From the NCBI GenBank assembly GCA_043228905.1, contig JBHGNT010000128.1, forward strand, positions 7,829-71,828: DNA of 64,000 bases, read 5' to 3'. Below the pieces are notes generated by a model. It was not told where the DNA came from, did no database searches, and worked only from the letters and a program-made list of their open reading frames with translations. The stretch comes from Azolla caroliniana. Its lineage: Eukaryota > Plantae > Polypodiophyta. Position 1 is the stretch's first letter. The number at the start of each line of letters is the position of its first letter. Position numbers and translations under genes: made by a program. Of the stretch, positions 11,928 to 25,060 are shown in pieces.

Positions 11928-12741
11928 CTCAATCCAGTGATATCAAGTCGTCCACGTTTGGCGGAAGCATTGGTCGCTCATGGCGGATTCGTCTCAAATG
12001 ATGCGCTTATGCTTGATCGTCAAGTTGGCCATGTTTGGCGGAAGCGTCGGTTGCGCTAAGGGTCCCTCGGCATTTTGCTTGGCGGAAGCATCTTATTTTT
12101 TGGTGGCTTCCCTCGGCCATGCATATTATGCAAAATGATTTGGCGGAAGCACAATATGGTTTCGGACACCAACACAACACCGATTTCCACTACCCTGAGA
12201 AACGAGAGGAGTATAAAGAACCATCGAGCGGGGATATACACGTATAGGATATACACGTGTCATAGGCCGGAGGTGGCACATGGCGTGCCCATGGTAAGAG
12301 TGAAGAGAATTCTGAGTGGATACACGCGACGAGCTGCACATGCGTCGATGTAAAATCTAGTTCACTTCTCTGCCTTGGACCATGAGAGACCACATACGTA
12401 CGCCTAACGACCATAGGCGGACGCCCGCCGCATCCTCCATTTATCTTCTCTCCCATTCCAATAGTTCTTCTTTATAGCCCGGGCATCGGTTTGGCTCGTC
12501 TCTCTGCTCGATTCATGGACGTTCACCGCGCGTTGAAAGCCTTCCGTTCTAGTACCTAAAGAAATGTGGGAAAAGATAGATGCATTTATCTAGAACGTTC
12601 ATCCGCGTGACATCGTCCTTTAGATTATCATTAGAAGCGGGACGCGCCTATGGAACATCTCCCTTCATTTTTATTATCATTGTAGAATGAGGGCGCGCCT
12701 ATGTAACACCTTCCTTCATTTTTATTATCATTGTAGAATGA

Positions 12742-12945
12742 GGGCGCGCCTATGTGACCTCAACATCAGTGCAAGGCTGAGGCGACGCACGCAACTCCCA
12801 AATGCAGCAAGCTGCCTTGAGCGAGAGCTGCCCCCATGAAAGAAATTAGGTTAATATCGTGCGGCCTGATAGGCCGCGTATCAGATATTAAACTGATAAG
12901 AACAGATACTACACTTGATCTTAGCCAAAAGGCCGAGAAAGGTAT
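12742..12945 (-). ncRNA. U2: U2 snRNA
   Basis: Array copy of U2. Confidence 0.97.
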
Positions 12946-15086
12946 GAGTTCTCTTGAAGAACCGATTTGCTTCTTATAGGCTGCACCCTAACATGCCTCA
13001 CCATGTGGGATATACGTTATATAATCATCTCAACATTTAAAGCAAACTTTTGTCCTCTCATTGCATCGAAACCACCTTGGCCGATCGTGGGGACCACATT
13101 TGTTGTTGTTTGGTTGTAGCCACCCTATTATCCATCCCTATACCAAGTCGGGATATACATACTCTCCCATCGCCAAGTGCACCTTATAGGTGCGATTCGT
13201 TATTGGTGGTTATAAGCCCCCATATCTGAACCAAACGAACGTTCACGAAATCGTGTGAGCTTCCCGAATCGAGCGAGAATTGTAATGGAGATCCACCCGT
13301 CTGCACGTAGTAAATCATTAGGCCCCACTGCATGTCGAGGGAAAGAGAATTTACAATTACTTGAACGACCGGCGCGCGTAAACCTCAAGGAAATATGTTC
13401 CGCATCGTTGCATCTAGGTAACTACGTTTTCACGTTACCCAACCTCGAGTCTCGTCATGACAATGGCACACACTAATGAGCAACCTAATGGCCACGCCGA
13501 CACGCGCCCTCTTCTCCGCATTGAAGCTAGTGTGGCCCGTCACATGGTTATCTCATGACCAATGCGTTTCACAATGATGGTCTCGTGACGCCCCCCTAAT
13601 CAAGTAACGAACGCGGGAGACTCGATGCGGGATTCGTAAGGGCGACCCAATGAGAAGTGGGTCTAACCCTAATTCCCCTTAAATGGGCGGGGAATGGGCA
13701 AGACACCATGATCCAAGGCAACATACACCGACCGTGGCCATGCTTTGCGCAATTTTTACATATGGCACAATCGGGGCGACCGAGGGTAGTAGCACTAATT
13801 TCGTTAAATAAGGATGGTCACCGCACCTTCCCCACAGAAATGCGAGGGTGGGCACCGCGACCCTAAACCCCGAAACACGCACCATCATGCATATGATACC
13901 GATATCGTATAACAAATTCTGAACATGCACACTACATGTCTAGGACATGTATAACATCGCATAGGCATACACGCGATCCCATCCATATGCATACATAAAC
14001 GGATCTTAAACAAAGACGCAATCCAATGACGATGCAATCGAGACGCGTAATAAACGCCTTTGGGCTCTACGGACACTCGGCGACCGGAGGGGTATATGAA
14101 ACATGAGGTTTGAGGCATTGACCTGATACACGCATGAGACAACATCTCCTATCAAACATGTACTATATGGATTTCGAATAACGGAGTAGATAGTGTAATG
14201 CGTAATGTAGGCGTAAACCTCACAAGCAATACATTTAACACGCATACGATTTATACGACGCATAAAGTATGGCCAAGGCAACATGATCTAACGATCTATA
14301 CGTTAAAATAATGGCTTCAACATGTACACGCAAGGGAGAAGAAATAATGTAGAAGACGATAAAGCACATGATTCAGAAGAACAACCCTGATGTAGCTCAA
14401 GGGTTGCGTTGTTGCTATTTCCGTGCTTCGTCTTATGTTTCCTCCGGGCTTGCAACGCACGACTTGAAGTTCTTGCTCCCGACGTTCCGAACTTTTAGAA
14501 AGCGTTGTATCTCCTCCTCATATCTGCGCAATTTGTGCGCTTGGGAGACGGGAAGTGATTCTCAAAATTGACTGATGTGAGACATGCGCCTCATCCTCCT
14601 CACGTTCTTCGGCTGTCGACGGGGATTGCACAAGCGACGCACGCGTGGATTCACGTCTCGGCCAGTGCTCAAGGATTGTGCGAGCGTGTTGGTTGTACAT
14701 GGACATCGCATCGGTGTTTCCCTCCTTTGTTATTCTACAGCTTCGGCAACCCATGGCCATTGACGCACGGTTCTACGTCACGACGCGCATGGTTTCTCTC
14801 TAGCCGCTGTACTTAAATTAATTACGAGAAGGAGAAGGTAGGCGAGGTTGGAGCGTGTGATGTGCGATCTATAGATATGAACGGAAACGTGAAGGGGCTA
14901 AACATGGACGAGGTTAAAGTGAACCACCAATAGTGAGTGGGTAGATTGACGTGAGAGGATGGTGGCGCGATGACGGTTGTGCGTGCGTGTCATGGTGAAT
15001 ACACAGACGCAAGATAAGAACGTCCCACATAGAGAGGATGCAGAGCAAGGGGGCTATAAAACGAGAGCGTTGCGCTAAGCCAAAAC

Positions 15087-15250
15087 ATACTTACCTGGGC
15101 GGGGTCAATCGGTGATCAAGAAGGCCGATGGCTTAGGGCCGGTGCCTCCATTGCACCACCGGAGGGACTGCTTGCCCTAGCATCTCCCCAAGCGGGAGAG
15201 TGCACGTCATAATTTGTGACAGCAGGGGCTCGCGTTCGCGCGGCCCCCAT
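15087..15250 (+). ncRNA. U1: U1 snRNA (array type)
   Basis: Array copy of U1. Confidence 0.97.
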
Positions 15251-16064
15251 CTCAATCCAGTGATATCAAGTCGTCCACGTTTGGCGGAAGCATTGGTCGC
15301 TCATGGCGGATTCGTCTCAAATGATGCGCTTATGCTTGATCGTCAAGTTGGCCATGTTTGGCGGAAGCGTCGGTTGCGCTAAGGGTCCCTCGGCATTTTG
15401 CTTGGCGGAAGCATCTTATTTTTTGGTGGCTTCCCTCGGCCATGCATATTATGCAAAATGATTTGGCGGAAGCACAATATGGTTTCGGACACCAACACAA
15501 CACCGATTTCCACTACCCTGAGAAACGAGAGGAGTATAAAGAACCATCGAGCGGGGATATACACGTATAGGATATACACGTGTCATAGGCCGGAGGTGGC
15601 ACATGGCGTGCCCATGGTAAGAGTGAAGAGAATTCTGAGTGGATACACGCGACGAGCTGCACATGCGTCGATGTAAAATCTAGTTCACTTCTCTGCCTTG
15701 GACCATGAGAGACCACATACGTACGCCTAACGACCATAGGCGGACGCCCGCCGCATCCTCCATTTATCTTCTCTCCCATTCCAATAGTTCTTCTTTATAG
15801 CCCGGGCATCGGTTTGGCTCGTCTCTCTGCTCGATTCATGGACGTTCACCGCGCGTTGAAAGCCTTCCGTTCTAGTACCTAAAGAAATGTGGGAAAAGAT
15901 AGATGCATTTATCTAGAACGTTCATCCGCGTGACATCGTCCTTTAGATTATCATTAGAAGCGGGACGCGCCTATGGAACATCTCCCTTCATTTTTATTAT
16001 CATTGTAGAATGAGGGCGCGCCTATGTAACACCTTCCTTCATTTTTATTATCATTGTAGAATGA

Positions 16065-16268
16065 GGGCGCGCCTATGTGACCTCAACATCAGTGCAAGGC
16101 TGAGGCGACGCACGCAACTCCCAAATGCAGCAAGCTGCCTTGAGCGAGAGCTGCCCCCATGAAAGAAATTAGGTTAATATCGTGCGGCCTGATAGGCCGC
16201 GTATCAGATATTAAACTGATAAGAACAGATACTACACTTGATCTTAGCCAAAAGGCCGAGAAAGGTAT
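16065..16268 (-). ncRNA. U2: U2 snRNA
   Basis: Array copy of U2. Confidence 0.97.
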
Positions 16269-18409
16269 GAGTTCTCTTGAAGAACCGATTTGCTTCTTAT
16301 AGGCTGCACCCTAACATGCCTCACCATGTGGGATATACGTTATATAATCATCTCAACATTTAAAGCAAACTTTTGTCCTCTCATTGCATCGAAACCACCT
16401 TGGCCGATCGTGGGGACCACATTTGTTGTTGTTTGGTTGTAGCCACCCTATTATCCATCCCTATACCAAGTCGGGATATACATACTCTCCCATCGCCAAG
16501 TGCACCTTATAGGTGCGATTCGTTATTGGTGGTTATAAGCCCCCATATCTGAACCAAACGAACGTTCACGAAATCGTGTGAGCTTCCCGAATCGAGCGAG
16601 AATTGTAATGGAGATCCACCCGTCTGCACGTAGTAAATCATTAGGCCCCACTGCATGTCGAGGGAAAGAGAATTTACAATTACTTGAACGACCGGCGCGC
16701 GTAAACCTCAAGGAAATATGTTCCGCATCGTTGCATCTAGGTAACTACGTTTTCACGTTACCCAACCTCGAGTCTCGTCATGACAATGGCACACACTAAT
16801 GAGCAACCTAATGGCCACGCCGACACGCGCCCTCTTCTCCGCATTGAAGCTAGTGTGGCCCGTCACATGGTTATCTCATGACCAATGCGTTTCACAATGA
16901 TGGTCTCGTGACGCCCCCCTAATCAAGTAACGAACGCGGGAGACTCGATGCGGGATTCGTAAGGGCGACCCAATGAGAAGTGGGTCTAACCCTAATTCCC
17001 CTTAAATGGGCGGGGAATGGGCAAGACACCATGATCCAAGGCAACATACACCGACCGTGGCCATGCTTTGCGCAATTTTTACATATGGCACAATCGGGGC
17101 GACCGAGGGTAGTAGCACTAATTTCGTTAAATAAGGATGGTCACCGCACCTTCCCCACAGAAATGCGAGGGTGGGCACCGCGACCCTAAACCCCGAAACA
17201 CGCACCATCATGCATATGATACCGATATCGTATAACAAATTCTGAACATGCACACTACATGTCTAGGACATGTATAACATCGCATAGGCATACACGCGAT
17301 CCCATCCATATGCATACATAAACGGATCTTAAACAAAGACGCAATCCAATGACGATGCAATCGAGACGCGTAATAAACGCCTTTGGGCTCTACGGACACT
17401 CGGCGACCGGAGGGGTATATGAAACATGAGGTTTGAGGCATTGACCTGATACACGCATGAGACAACATCTCCTATCAAACATGTACTATATGGATTTCGA
17501 ATAACGGAGTAGATAGTGTAATGCGTAATGTAGGCGTAAACCTCACAAGCAATACATTTAACACGCATACGATTTATACGACGCATAAAGTATGGCCAAG
17601 GCAACATGATCTAACGATCTATACGTTAAAATAATGGCTTCAACATGTACACGCAAGGGAGAAGAAATAATGTAGAAGACGATAAAGCACATGATTCAGA
17701 AGAACAACCCTGATGTAGCTCAAGGGTTGCGTTGTTGCTATTTCCGTGCTTCGTCTTATGTTTCCTCCGGGCTTGCAACGCACGACTTGAAGTTCTTGCT
17801 CCCGACGTTCCGAACTTTTAGAAAGCGTTGTATCTCCTCCTCATATCTGCGCAATTTGTGCGCTTGGGAGACGGGAAGTGATTCTCAAAATTGACTGATG
17901 TGAGACATGCGCCTCATCCTCCTCACGTTCTTCGGCTGTCGACGGGGATTGCACAAGCGACGCACGCGTGGATTCACGTCTCGGCCAGTGCTCAAGGATT
18001 GTGCGAGCGTGTTGGTTGTACATGGACATCGCATCGGTGTTTCCCTCCTTTGTTATTCTACAGCTTCGGCAACCCATGGCCATTGACGCACGGTTCTACG
18101 TCACGACGCGCATGGTTTCTCTCTAGCCGCTGTACTTAAATTAATTACGAGAAGGAGAAGGTAGGCGAGGTTGGAGCGTGTGATGTGCGATCTATAGATA
18201 TGAACGGAAACGTGAAGGGGCTAAACATGGACGAGGTTAAAGTGAACCACCAATAGTGAGTGGGTAGATTGACGTGAGAGGATGGTGGCGCGATGACGGT
18301 TGTGCGTGCGTGTCATGGTGAATACACAGACGCAAGATAAGAACGTCCCACATAGAGAGGATGCAGAGCAAGGGGGCTATAAAACGAGAGCGTTGCGCTA
18401 AGCCAAAAC

Positions 18410-18573
18410 ATACTTACCTGGGCGGGGTCAATCGGTGATCAAGAAGGCCGATGGCTTAGGGCCGGTGCCTCCATTGCACCACCGGAGGGACTGCTTGCCC
18501 TAGCATCTCCCCAAGCGGGAGAGTGCACGTCATAATTTGTGACAGCAGGGGCTCGCGTTCGCGCGGCCCCCAT
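18410..18573 (+). ncRNA. U1: U1 snRNA (array type)
   Basis: Array copy of U1. Confidence 0.97.
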
Positions 18574-19387
18574 CTCAATCCAGTGATATCAAGTCGTCCA
18601 CGTTTGGCGGAAGCATTGGTCGCTCATGGCGGATTCGTCTCAAATGATGCGCTTATGCTTGATCGTCAAGTTGGCCATGTTTGGCGGAAGCGTCGGTTGC
18701 GCTAAGGGTCCCTCGGCATTTTGCTTGGCGGAAGCATCTTATTTTTTGGTGGCTTCCCTCGGCCATGCATATTATGCAAAATGATTTGGCGGAAGCACAA
18801 TATGGTTTCGGACACCAACACAACACCGATTTCCACTACCCTGAGAAACGAGAGGAGTATAAAGAACCATCGAGCGGGGATATACACGTATAGGATATAC
18901 ACGTGTCATAGGCCGGAGGTGGCACATGGCGTGCCCATGGTAAGAGTGAAGAGAATTCTGAGTGGATACACGCGACGAGCTGCACATGCGTCGATGTAAA
19001 ATCTAGTTCACTTCTCTGCCTTGGACCATGAGAGACCACATACGTACGCCTAACGACCATAGGCGGACGCCCGCCGCATCCTCCATTTATCTTCTCTCCC
19101 ATTCCAATAGTTCTTCTTTATAGCCCGGGCATCGGTTTGGCTCGTCTCTCTGCTCGATTCATGGACGTTCACCGCGCGTTGAAAGCCTTCCGTTCTAGTA
19201 CCTAAAGAAATGTGGGAAAAGATAGATGCATTTATCTAGAACGTTCATCCGCGTGACATCGTCCTTTAGATTATCATTAGAAGCGGGACGCGCCTATGGA
19301 ACATCTCCCTTCATTTTTATTATCATTGTAGAATGAGGGCGCGCCTATGTAACACCTTCCTTCATTTTTATTATCATTGTAGAATGA

Positions 19388-19591
19388 GGGCGCGCCTATG
19401 TGACCTCAACATCAGTGCAAGGCTGAGGCGACGCACGCAACTCCCAAATGCAGCAAGCTGCCTTGAGCGAGAGCTGCCCCCATGAAAGAAATTAGGTTAA
19501 TATCGTGCGGCCTGATAGGTCGCGTATCAGATATTAAACTGATAAGAACAGATACTACACTTGATCTTAGCCAAAAGGCCGAGAAAGGTAT
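19388..19591 (-). ncRNA. U2: U2 snRNA (edge copy, one substitution at 19520)
   Basis: Array copy with gataggtcgc instead of gataggccgc; promoter retained. Confidence 0.95.
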
Positions 19592-20117
19592 GAGTTCTCT
19601 TGAAGAACCGATTTGCTTCTTATAGGCTGCACCCTAACATGCCTCACCATGTGGGATATACGTTATATAATCATCTCAACATTTAAAGCAAACTTTTGTC
19701 CTCTCATTGCATCGAAACCACCTTGGCCGATTGTTGGGCACTCAAAGAAAAAACCGACAAAGCTCAGAGAGCGGATCAGAAGAGTAGCCAGCATGAGGAG
19801 GTCAACTACGTTGGCTCTTCAGCCGAAATTTTGACGATCGACCCAAACATATTGTCCATAGAGAACCCAATCGAATCAGAAGTTCTACTTACAACTGAGG
19901 AATCGAGCGCATGGCTCCTGGACTCGGGCGCATCATATCATGTGACACCTCACCGATCTCAGTTTCGGCAGTACTCGGACTGGCACTCCGATTTAGTTCG
20001 AGTCAGAAACTCGCGGCACTGTGCTATATTCGGAATCGGCACCGTAGAGCTCAACCTTCCAGGTGGCTCTACACTCGTACTACACAACGTCTGACACGTT
20101 CCTGAGCTCTCAGACCC

Positions 20118-21272
20118 TTGATCTCAGTCAGACAACTTGACGAAGCCGGCATCCGTGCCGGGTTCTCATCAGGAGGGTGGACACTCCACAAAGGGAACCT
20201 CCTGCTTGCTCGAGGACCAAAGGTACATTCCTTGTACCCTTTATATGTCACACTCAAAGAGGGTGACTTATTTTTGGTGGATATCCCCGTGTCATCGTTA
20301 TGGCACGGACGACTTGGACACCTCAGCAAGGCCGGCATAATGCACCTATCCAGAGCCGGTTACATCCCCAAGCTCTCCTTCTCGGATCACCAATTCTGCG
20401 AGCATTGCCAGTACGGCAAACAAGTAGCCGCATCACACCCGACATCAGCACCAAGAGAATCGAGTCCCCTCGATTTGGTCCACTCGAACGTCTATGGCCC
20501 AATGCCACATCAGTCTCTCAGCGGTGCTTCGTACTTCGTCTATTTTATTGACGACTCGACTCGGAAGGTGTGGGCTTACCCCATTAGAACCAAAGATCGG
20601 GTGTTCTCGATCTTCTCCGAATGGCTTGCAATGGTCAAAAACCAGACCGGTCGGAAACCAAAATGTCTCCGAACCGATAATGGAGGAGAATTCAAGTTTA
20701 ACGAATTCGTCAAATTCTGTCGGGAATGCGGCATTCAACATGAATATACGACACCCTATAGTCCAGAGCAGAACGGAATTGCTGAACACATGAATCGGAC
20801 GATTCGAGAACACGTAGTATCCATGCTCCAACACTCCGGACTGTCATATGGCTTCTGGGCGGAGGCTCTACTTACGGCAGTACACATAATAAATATGTCG
20901 CCAAGTAGACCTCTAGGACTTAAAATACCTCAGGAAACATGGACCGTCAGTAAGCCGAATTATGACAAGTTGAGGATCTTCGGCTACGAGGCGTATGCCC
21001 TCATACCGAAAGACGACCGCCGGAAACTCGAGCCAAGCTCAAGGAAATGCATTTTCCTTGGATATGGACCCGACGGCGAGATCGGATACCGACTTTGGGA
21101 CCCCGAGCACAGACAAATCGTCCGAAGTTCGGACGTCGTGTTCAACGAGTCGGCTATGCACAAAATGGCCGAAAGGCCTATTGAAGTCCAAAGGGTAATA
21201 TTTTCCGAAGTGCCAACCCTTCATGAAGGTCCAGCCCACAACATGAGATCGGTTTCACGGTTTCACGGGTAA
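20118..21272 (+). pseudogene. Copia GAG-pre-integrase and integrase fragment
   Basis: 384-aa ORF with HHCC and DDE motifs, cut off upstream by a stop near 20092 and downstream by a frameshift. Confidence 0.9.
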
Positions 21273-21636
21273 TCGACACCTCTCGTCTTGAATCCATCGA
21301 TTCAGCACAGCCGAATGGCTCGGCTTTCGACCATCCGACACCTATACCGGTGCGACCAGTTCAATCATACCTCGAAGATCCGAGAGACAGTCGCAAACTC
21401 CGGAAAGGTACTCTCCCGGAATTTTCTTTACCGACGTCGGCGAACCGAAGTCTTATGAAGAAGCATCAGTATCTGCCAACTCAGCCACTTGGCATCTGAC
21501 GATGGAGTCAAAAATGCACTCCATTCACGCAAACAGGACTTGGGACTTGGTCGAATTACCGAAGAGTCGACATTCTCTTCCATGTAAGTGGGTCTCTCGA
21601 CTAAAAGAGACGTCCGACTTGACCAACCCAAAGTAT

Positions 21637-23016
21637 TGACGAGAAATGTGCGGAATAATCTCCAATCACAACCGTGTTGGGAGATAGGTCCCTTCAGATG
21701 GGGAGGGAGAAGAACAGTGCCGACGAACAAACTCGGCCGAGGCCGATAGGCCGAGGCCGAAACGGTACGAGGAGTACCCGGCTACGGAGAGCCGGATGAT
21801 ACAGGCCCGGTGTGAACCGGATGAGTAGTACCCGGCTACAGAGAGCCGGATGATACAGGCCCGGTGTGAACCGGATGAGTAGTACCCGGCTACGGAGAGC
21901 CGGATGGTGCAGGCCCGGTATGAACCGGATGAGGAGTACTCGGCTACGGAGAGCCGGATGGTGCAGGCCCGGTATGAACCGGAGGAAGAGACATATTCAT
22001 GAATATGTTTCTGAGAGCCCATCGAGGCTATATTTGTAAATAGCCGAAAAGTCATATTAGTATAAATATGACTTAGGGCAAACTTTTAGTAACTGTTGTT
22101 GTCATTTTCTTGTTGGTGCAAGAAGAAGAGAGAGTGCGTAATTGTACAAAGAGAGAGAGAGAGAGACGAGGTCATTGCCTCTGTAGTAACCGCCGCCTGT
22201 TGCGAAGATCGTGATTCCGAGGTCATTGCCTCCGTGAATTCACTGTTTTGTACATTCCTACATAGTGACAGTTTGCAGCCTGTGGGCTGCCGTGGTTTTT
22301 CCCCTAGTTTGGGGTTTTCCACGTAAACCTCTTGTGTATCTTCCTCTCCTTTGTGTCGTGTTCTATTTCCCGTTTTTCTTTGTATCATTCTACGCTCGGT
22401 TGTGGCCGAGTGTCGTGCATAAGGAACGTTAAGTTTACGACAAACCGAAGCGTAGATCACTTGATGACAATCAAACACAGAAGAAATGGGAATGGAGGTA
22501 AGTACACGAAACAGGAAAGAGAATACACATAATGTTAACGTGGAAAACCCTGAGAGGGAAAAACCATGGGAGTCCACATACTCCAAACTATCACTATGTC
22601 AAGGAGTACAACAGGGAGCACAGAGGCAACAACCTCTTGCTCACAATCTTCGCCTTGCGGCGATTACAATAGAGACGTACTCTGTATCACACACACACAC
22701 TCTCTCTCTCTCTCTCTGTACAATCGTTACACCAATTACGCTATACAAAGATAATAACAACAACAACCGCAATACACTGTTTGCCCTAGGTCACATTTAT
22801 ACTAATGTGACATTAGGACTATTTACAGATATAGCCCCAATGGGCACTCAGAAACATATCTACATATATGTCCCTTCATCCGGTGAGAGGTTCTCACCGG
22901 GCCTGCAACATCTGGTTCTCACCGGGTCTTCCATTGCCGGGTACTCCACATCCGGTTCTCACCGTCTTCCAATGTCGGGCCTTCGTATCCCATCCGGAGG
23001 GACAGAGATCCTAACA
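21637..23016 (-). mobile_element. Solo LTR (about 607 bp net) inserted in Copia RT and itself interrupted
   Basis: TG...CA ends; TSD agtat (21632-21636) / agtac (23017-23021) splits the P-K-Y-K-A codons; terminus resembles the other LTRs here (tgttaggatctctgtccctccggatggg). Confidence 0.8.
21675..22442 (+). mobile_element. Solo LTR, 768 bp, with about 4 x 54-bp internal tandem repeat
   Basis: TG...CA ends, perfect TSD AACCG (21670-21674, 22443-22447), TATAAATA, and the shared LTR motif ccgtggtttt...ggttttccacgtaaa. Confidence 0.88.
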
Positions 23017-24030
23017 AGTACAAGGCCAAATTAGTTGTGAAGGGATTTCGACAAGAATATGACGTCGACTTCGACGAAATCTTTTCACCAATGGTGAAAA
23101 TGACAACCCTTCGTTTCATGCTCGGCGTCGTGGCCACCGACAACTTGGAGCTGATTCAGCTAGATGTAAAAACGGCATTCCTCCACGGTGACCTACAAGA
23201 GGAAATCTATATGGAGTAGCCGAAAGGCTTTGTGGCATCCGGCCAGGAACATCTAGTCTGCCGACTCAGGAAGAGTTTATACGGCCTAAAACAGGCACCC
23301 CGACAATGGTACAAGAAGTTTGACGACTTCATCCAGTCGGTCGTCTTCTCCAAGAGCGATGAGGACCACTGTCTCTTCACCAAAACAGCTCGAGACGGGT
23401 CTCCCGTCTTTCTCATCATTTACGTGGATGACATGCTACTCTCCGGCCGACATGCCGGAGAGCTCATCGAACTCGTTCGGAAATTGCAGTTGAAGTTTGC
23501 CATGAAGGACCTCGGTCCGGCAAGACACGTACTTGGTATGAAGATTAGTCGGAATTGTGATAAACGACAACTTTTCTTGTCTCAAATAGACTACATCAAA
23601 CGTGTCTTGGAACGCTTCAATATGCACTTGTCCAAGTCTGCTTCGACCCCGCTCCCCATTAACCGAAGGCTGTCTCAGCGAGACTGCCCGACATCCAATC
23701 CGGAGGGGGAAGATATGAAGTCGGTACCGTATGCACCGGCAGTCGGTTCCCTTATGTATGTGATGGTCGTGACACGACCTGATATTTCTCACGTCGTAGG
23801 AGTCGTCAGCAGATTCATGCACAACCCAGGCTGATCGCACTAGAACGCAGTCAAGCACGTGTTCAGATATCTAGCTGGCACAAAAGACCACGACATTCTT
23901 TTTGGCCCGAACTCAACCTCAGGCATAGTCGGTTACACCGACTCGGACTTCGTCGATTGCGTGGATAGTTGGAAATCAACAACCGGATATTGTTTCAAAT
24001 TTGGCAATGGAGCAATCTCGTGGAAGTCGA
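23017..24030 (+). pseudogene. Copia RT/RNase H fragment
   Basis: ORFs 23037-23219, 23232-23834 and 23859 onward are separated by stops; the match ends after ISWKS. Confidence 0.9.
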
Positions 24031-24099
24031 ACAAAACCGATATGTCTGATAAACCTTGTATATACCTGTAATTTAAGATAACCCATGTATACACCCATT

Positions 24100-24298
24100 A
24101 CGGGGGAGTGTCGAATACGTGTATAATGGCCGTATTCACACTGTCCCTTTGGACAACCCAAGTTTGGGCTATTTCTGTAAATAGCATAAAGGGCAGTTGC
24201 CCTAGGATAGTCACTATATAAAGTGACTTTGTAACCTTTAGTGGTAGTTGATTGTCATTTGTAACTGTTGCTATTAAGAAATAAAACGTTTCTTTGTG

Positions 24299-24343
<45 letters not shown>

Positions 24344-24424
24344 CTCTTGTTCATTCTCATACACAGGTCCTTCAACATCACAGATGTTGTTTGTTCTTCC
24401 GCACTGACGACCTTTGTCCCAACA
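24100..24424 (+). mobile_element. PPT plus 3' LTR (24109-24424) of another LTR retrotransposon
   Basis: GGGGGAG directly before TGTCGAA; TATATAAA; CT microsatellite; ends in ...CCCAACA. Confidence 0.7.
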
Positions 24425-25060
24425 ATCCGAACCAAAAGCAAGACGTCGGAAGGACAAATGTTCTTCTCGAATTCAAATGGTGGCCAAGGAGGAGGTCACA
24501 GAGGTAGAAGAGGTCAATTCGGCCCATCACACGAAGGGAACTCAAACCTTCACGGAAGCCATCGAGGAACCTTCAGAAGAAGGGGGAGCTTCCACGCCGA
24601 ACAAGGTCGGCAAATGAGGCCCGCAACTTGCAATTATTGTGGCAAAGCCGACAGCCGAAGAATTGGAAAACAGGAGCGGAGTTGTATCGGCCGAGGCCGA
24701 AACTGGAATCGTGTAAATAGCCAACTCGGGAGACTATATTTGTAAATAGTCTTAGTGTGCGCCCCATGAGGGCTACGTATGTAAATAACCAAAAAGCTGC
24801 GTAAGTACATATGCAACTAGGGCAAACATTTTTTTGGTGTGCAGTGGACAAGAGAGAGTGTGAGAGAGAGAAGGTAGAGTTGCGCCATAGTTGTGTGTGT
24901 AACAACAGACGCGAAGAGCCCTGTGAGGCTGATACACTCGATAGAGTGTTGTAATCATCTCCGTGTTGTATATCCACTAGATATAGTGAAGAATCTGTTC
25001 CCGTGGTTTTTCCCCGTTTTATGGTTTTCCACGTAAATCTCTGTGCACCATTGTTTATCT
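24425..25060 (+). mobile_element. Copia gag fragment (RG-rich, CNYCGK) fused to a partial LTR
   Basis: GGHRGRRG...ATCNYCGK, followed by the LTR motifs ctatatttgtaaatag and ccgtggtttttcccc...ggttttccacgtaaa. Confidence 0.6.

Larger units (their letters stand above)
5869..19731. repeat. Tandem array 1 of a 3323-bp U1/U2 unit (about 4.2 units)
   Basis: Sequence and ORF track recur exactly every 3323 bp (e.g. 6554, 9877, 13200, 16523). Confidence 0.98.
19726..24030 (+). mobile_element. Truncated, mutated Ty1/Copia internal region (end of gag, PR, INT, RT, start of RNase H) with nested insertions
   Basis: WLLDSGASYH protease, LWHGRLGH...CEHC, integrase (FIDDSTR, LRTDNGGEF, QNGIAE), RT (QLDVKTAFLHGDL, LYGLKQAPRQW, YVDDML), GYTDSDF. 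No 5' LTR; in-frame stops present. Confidence 0.93.
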
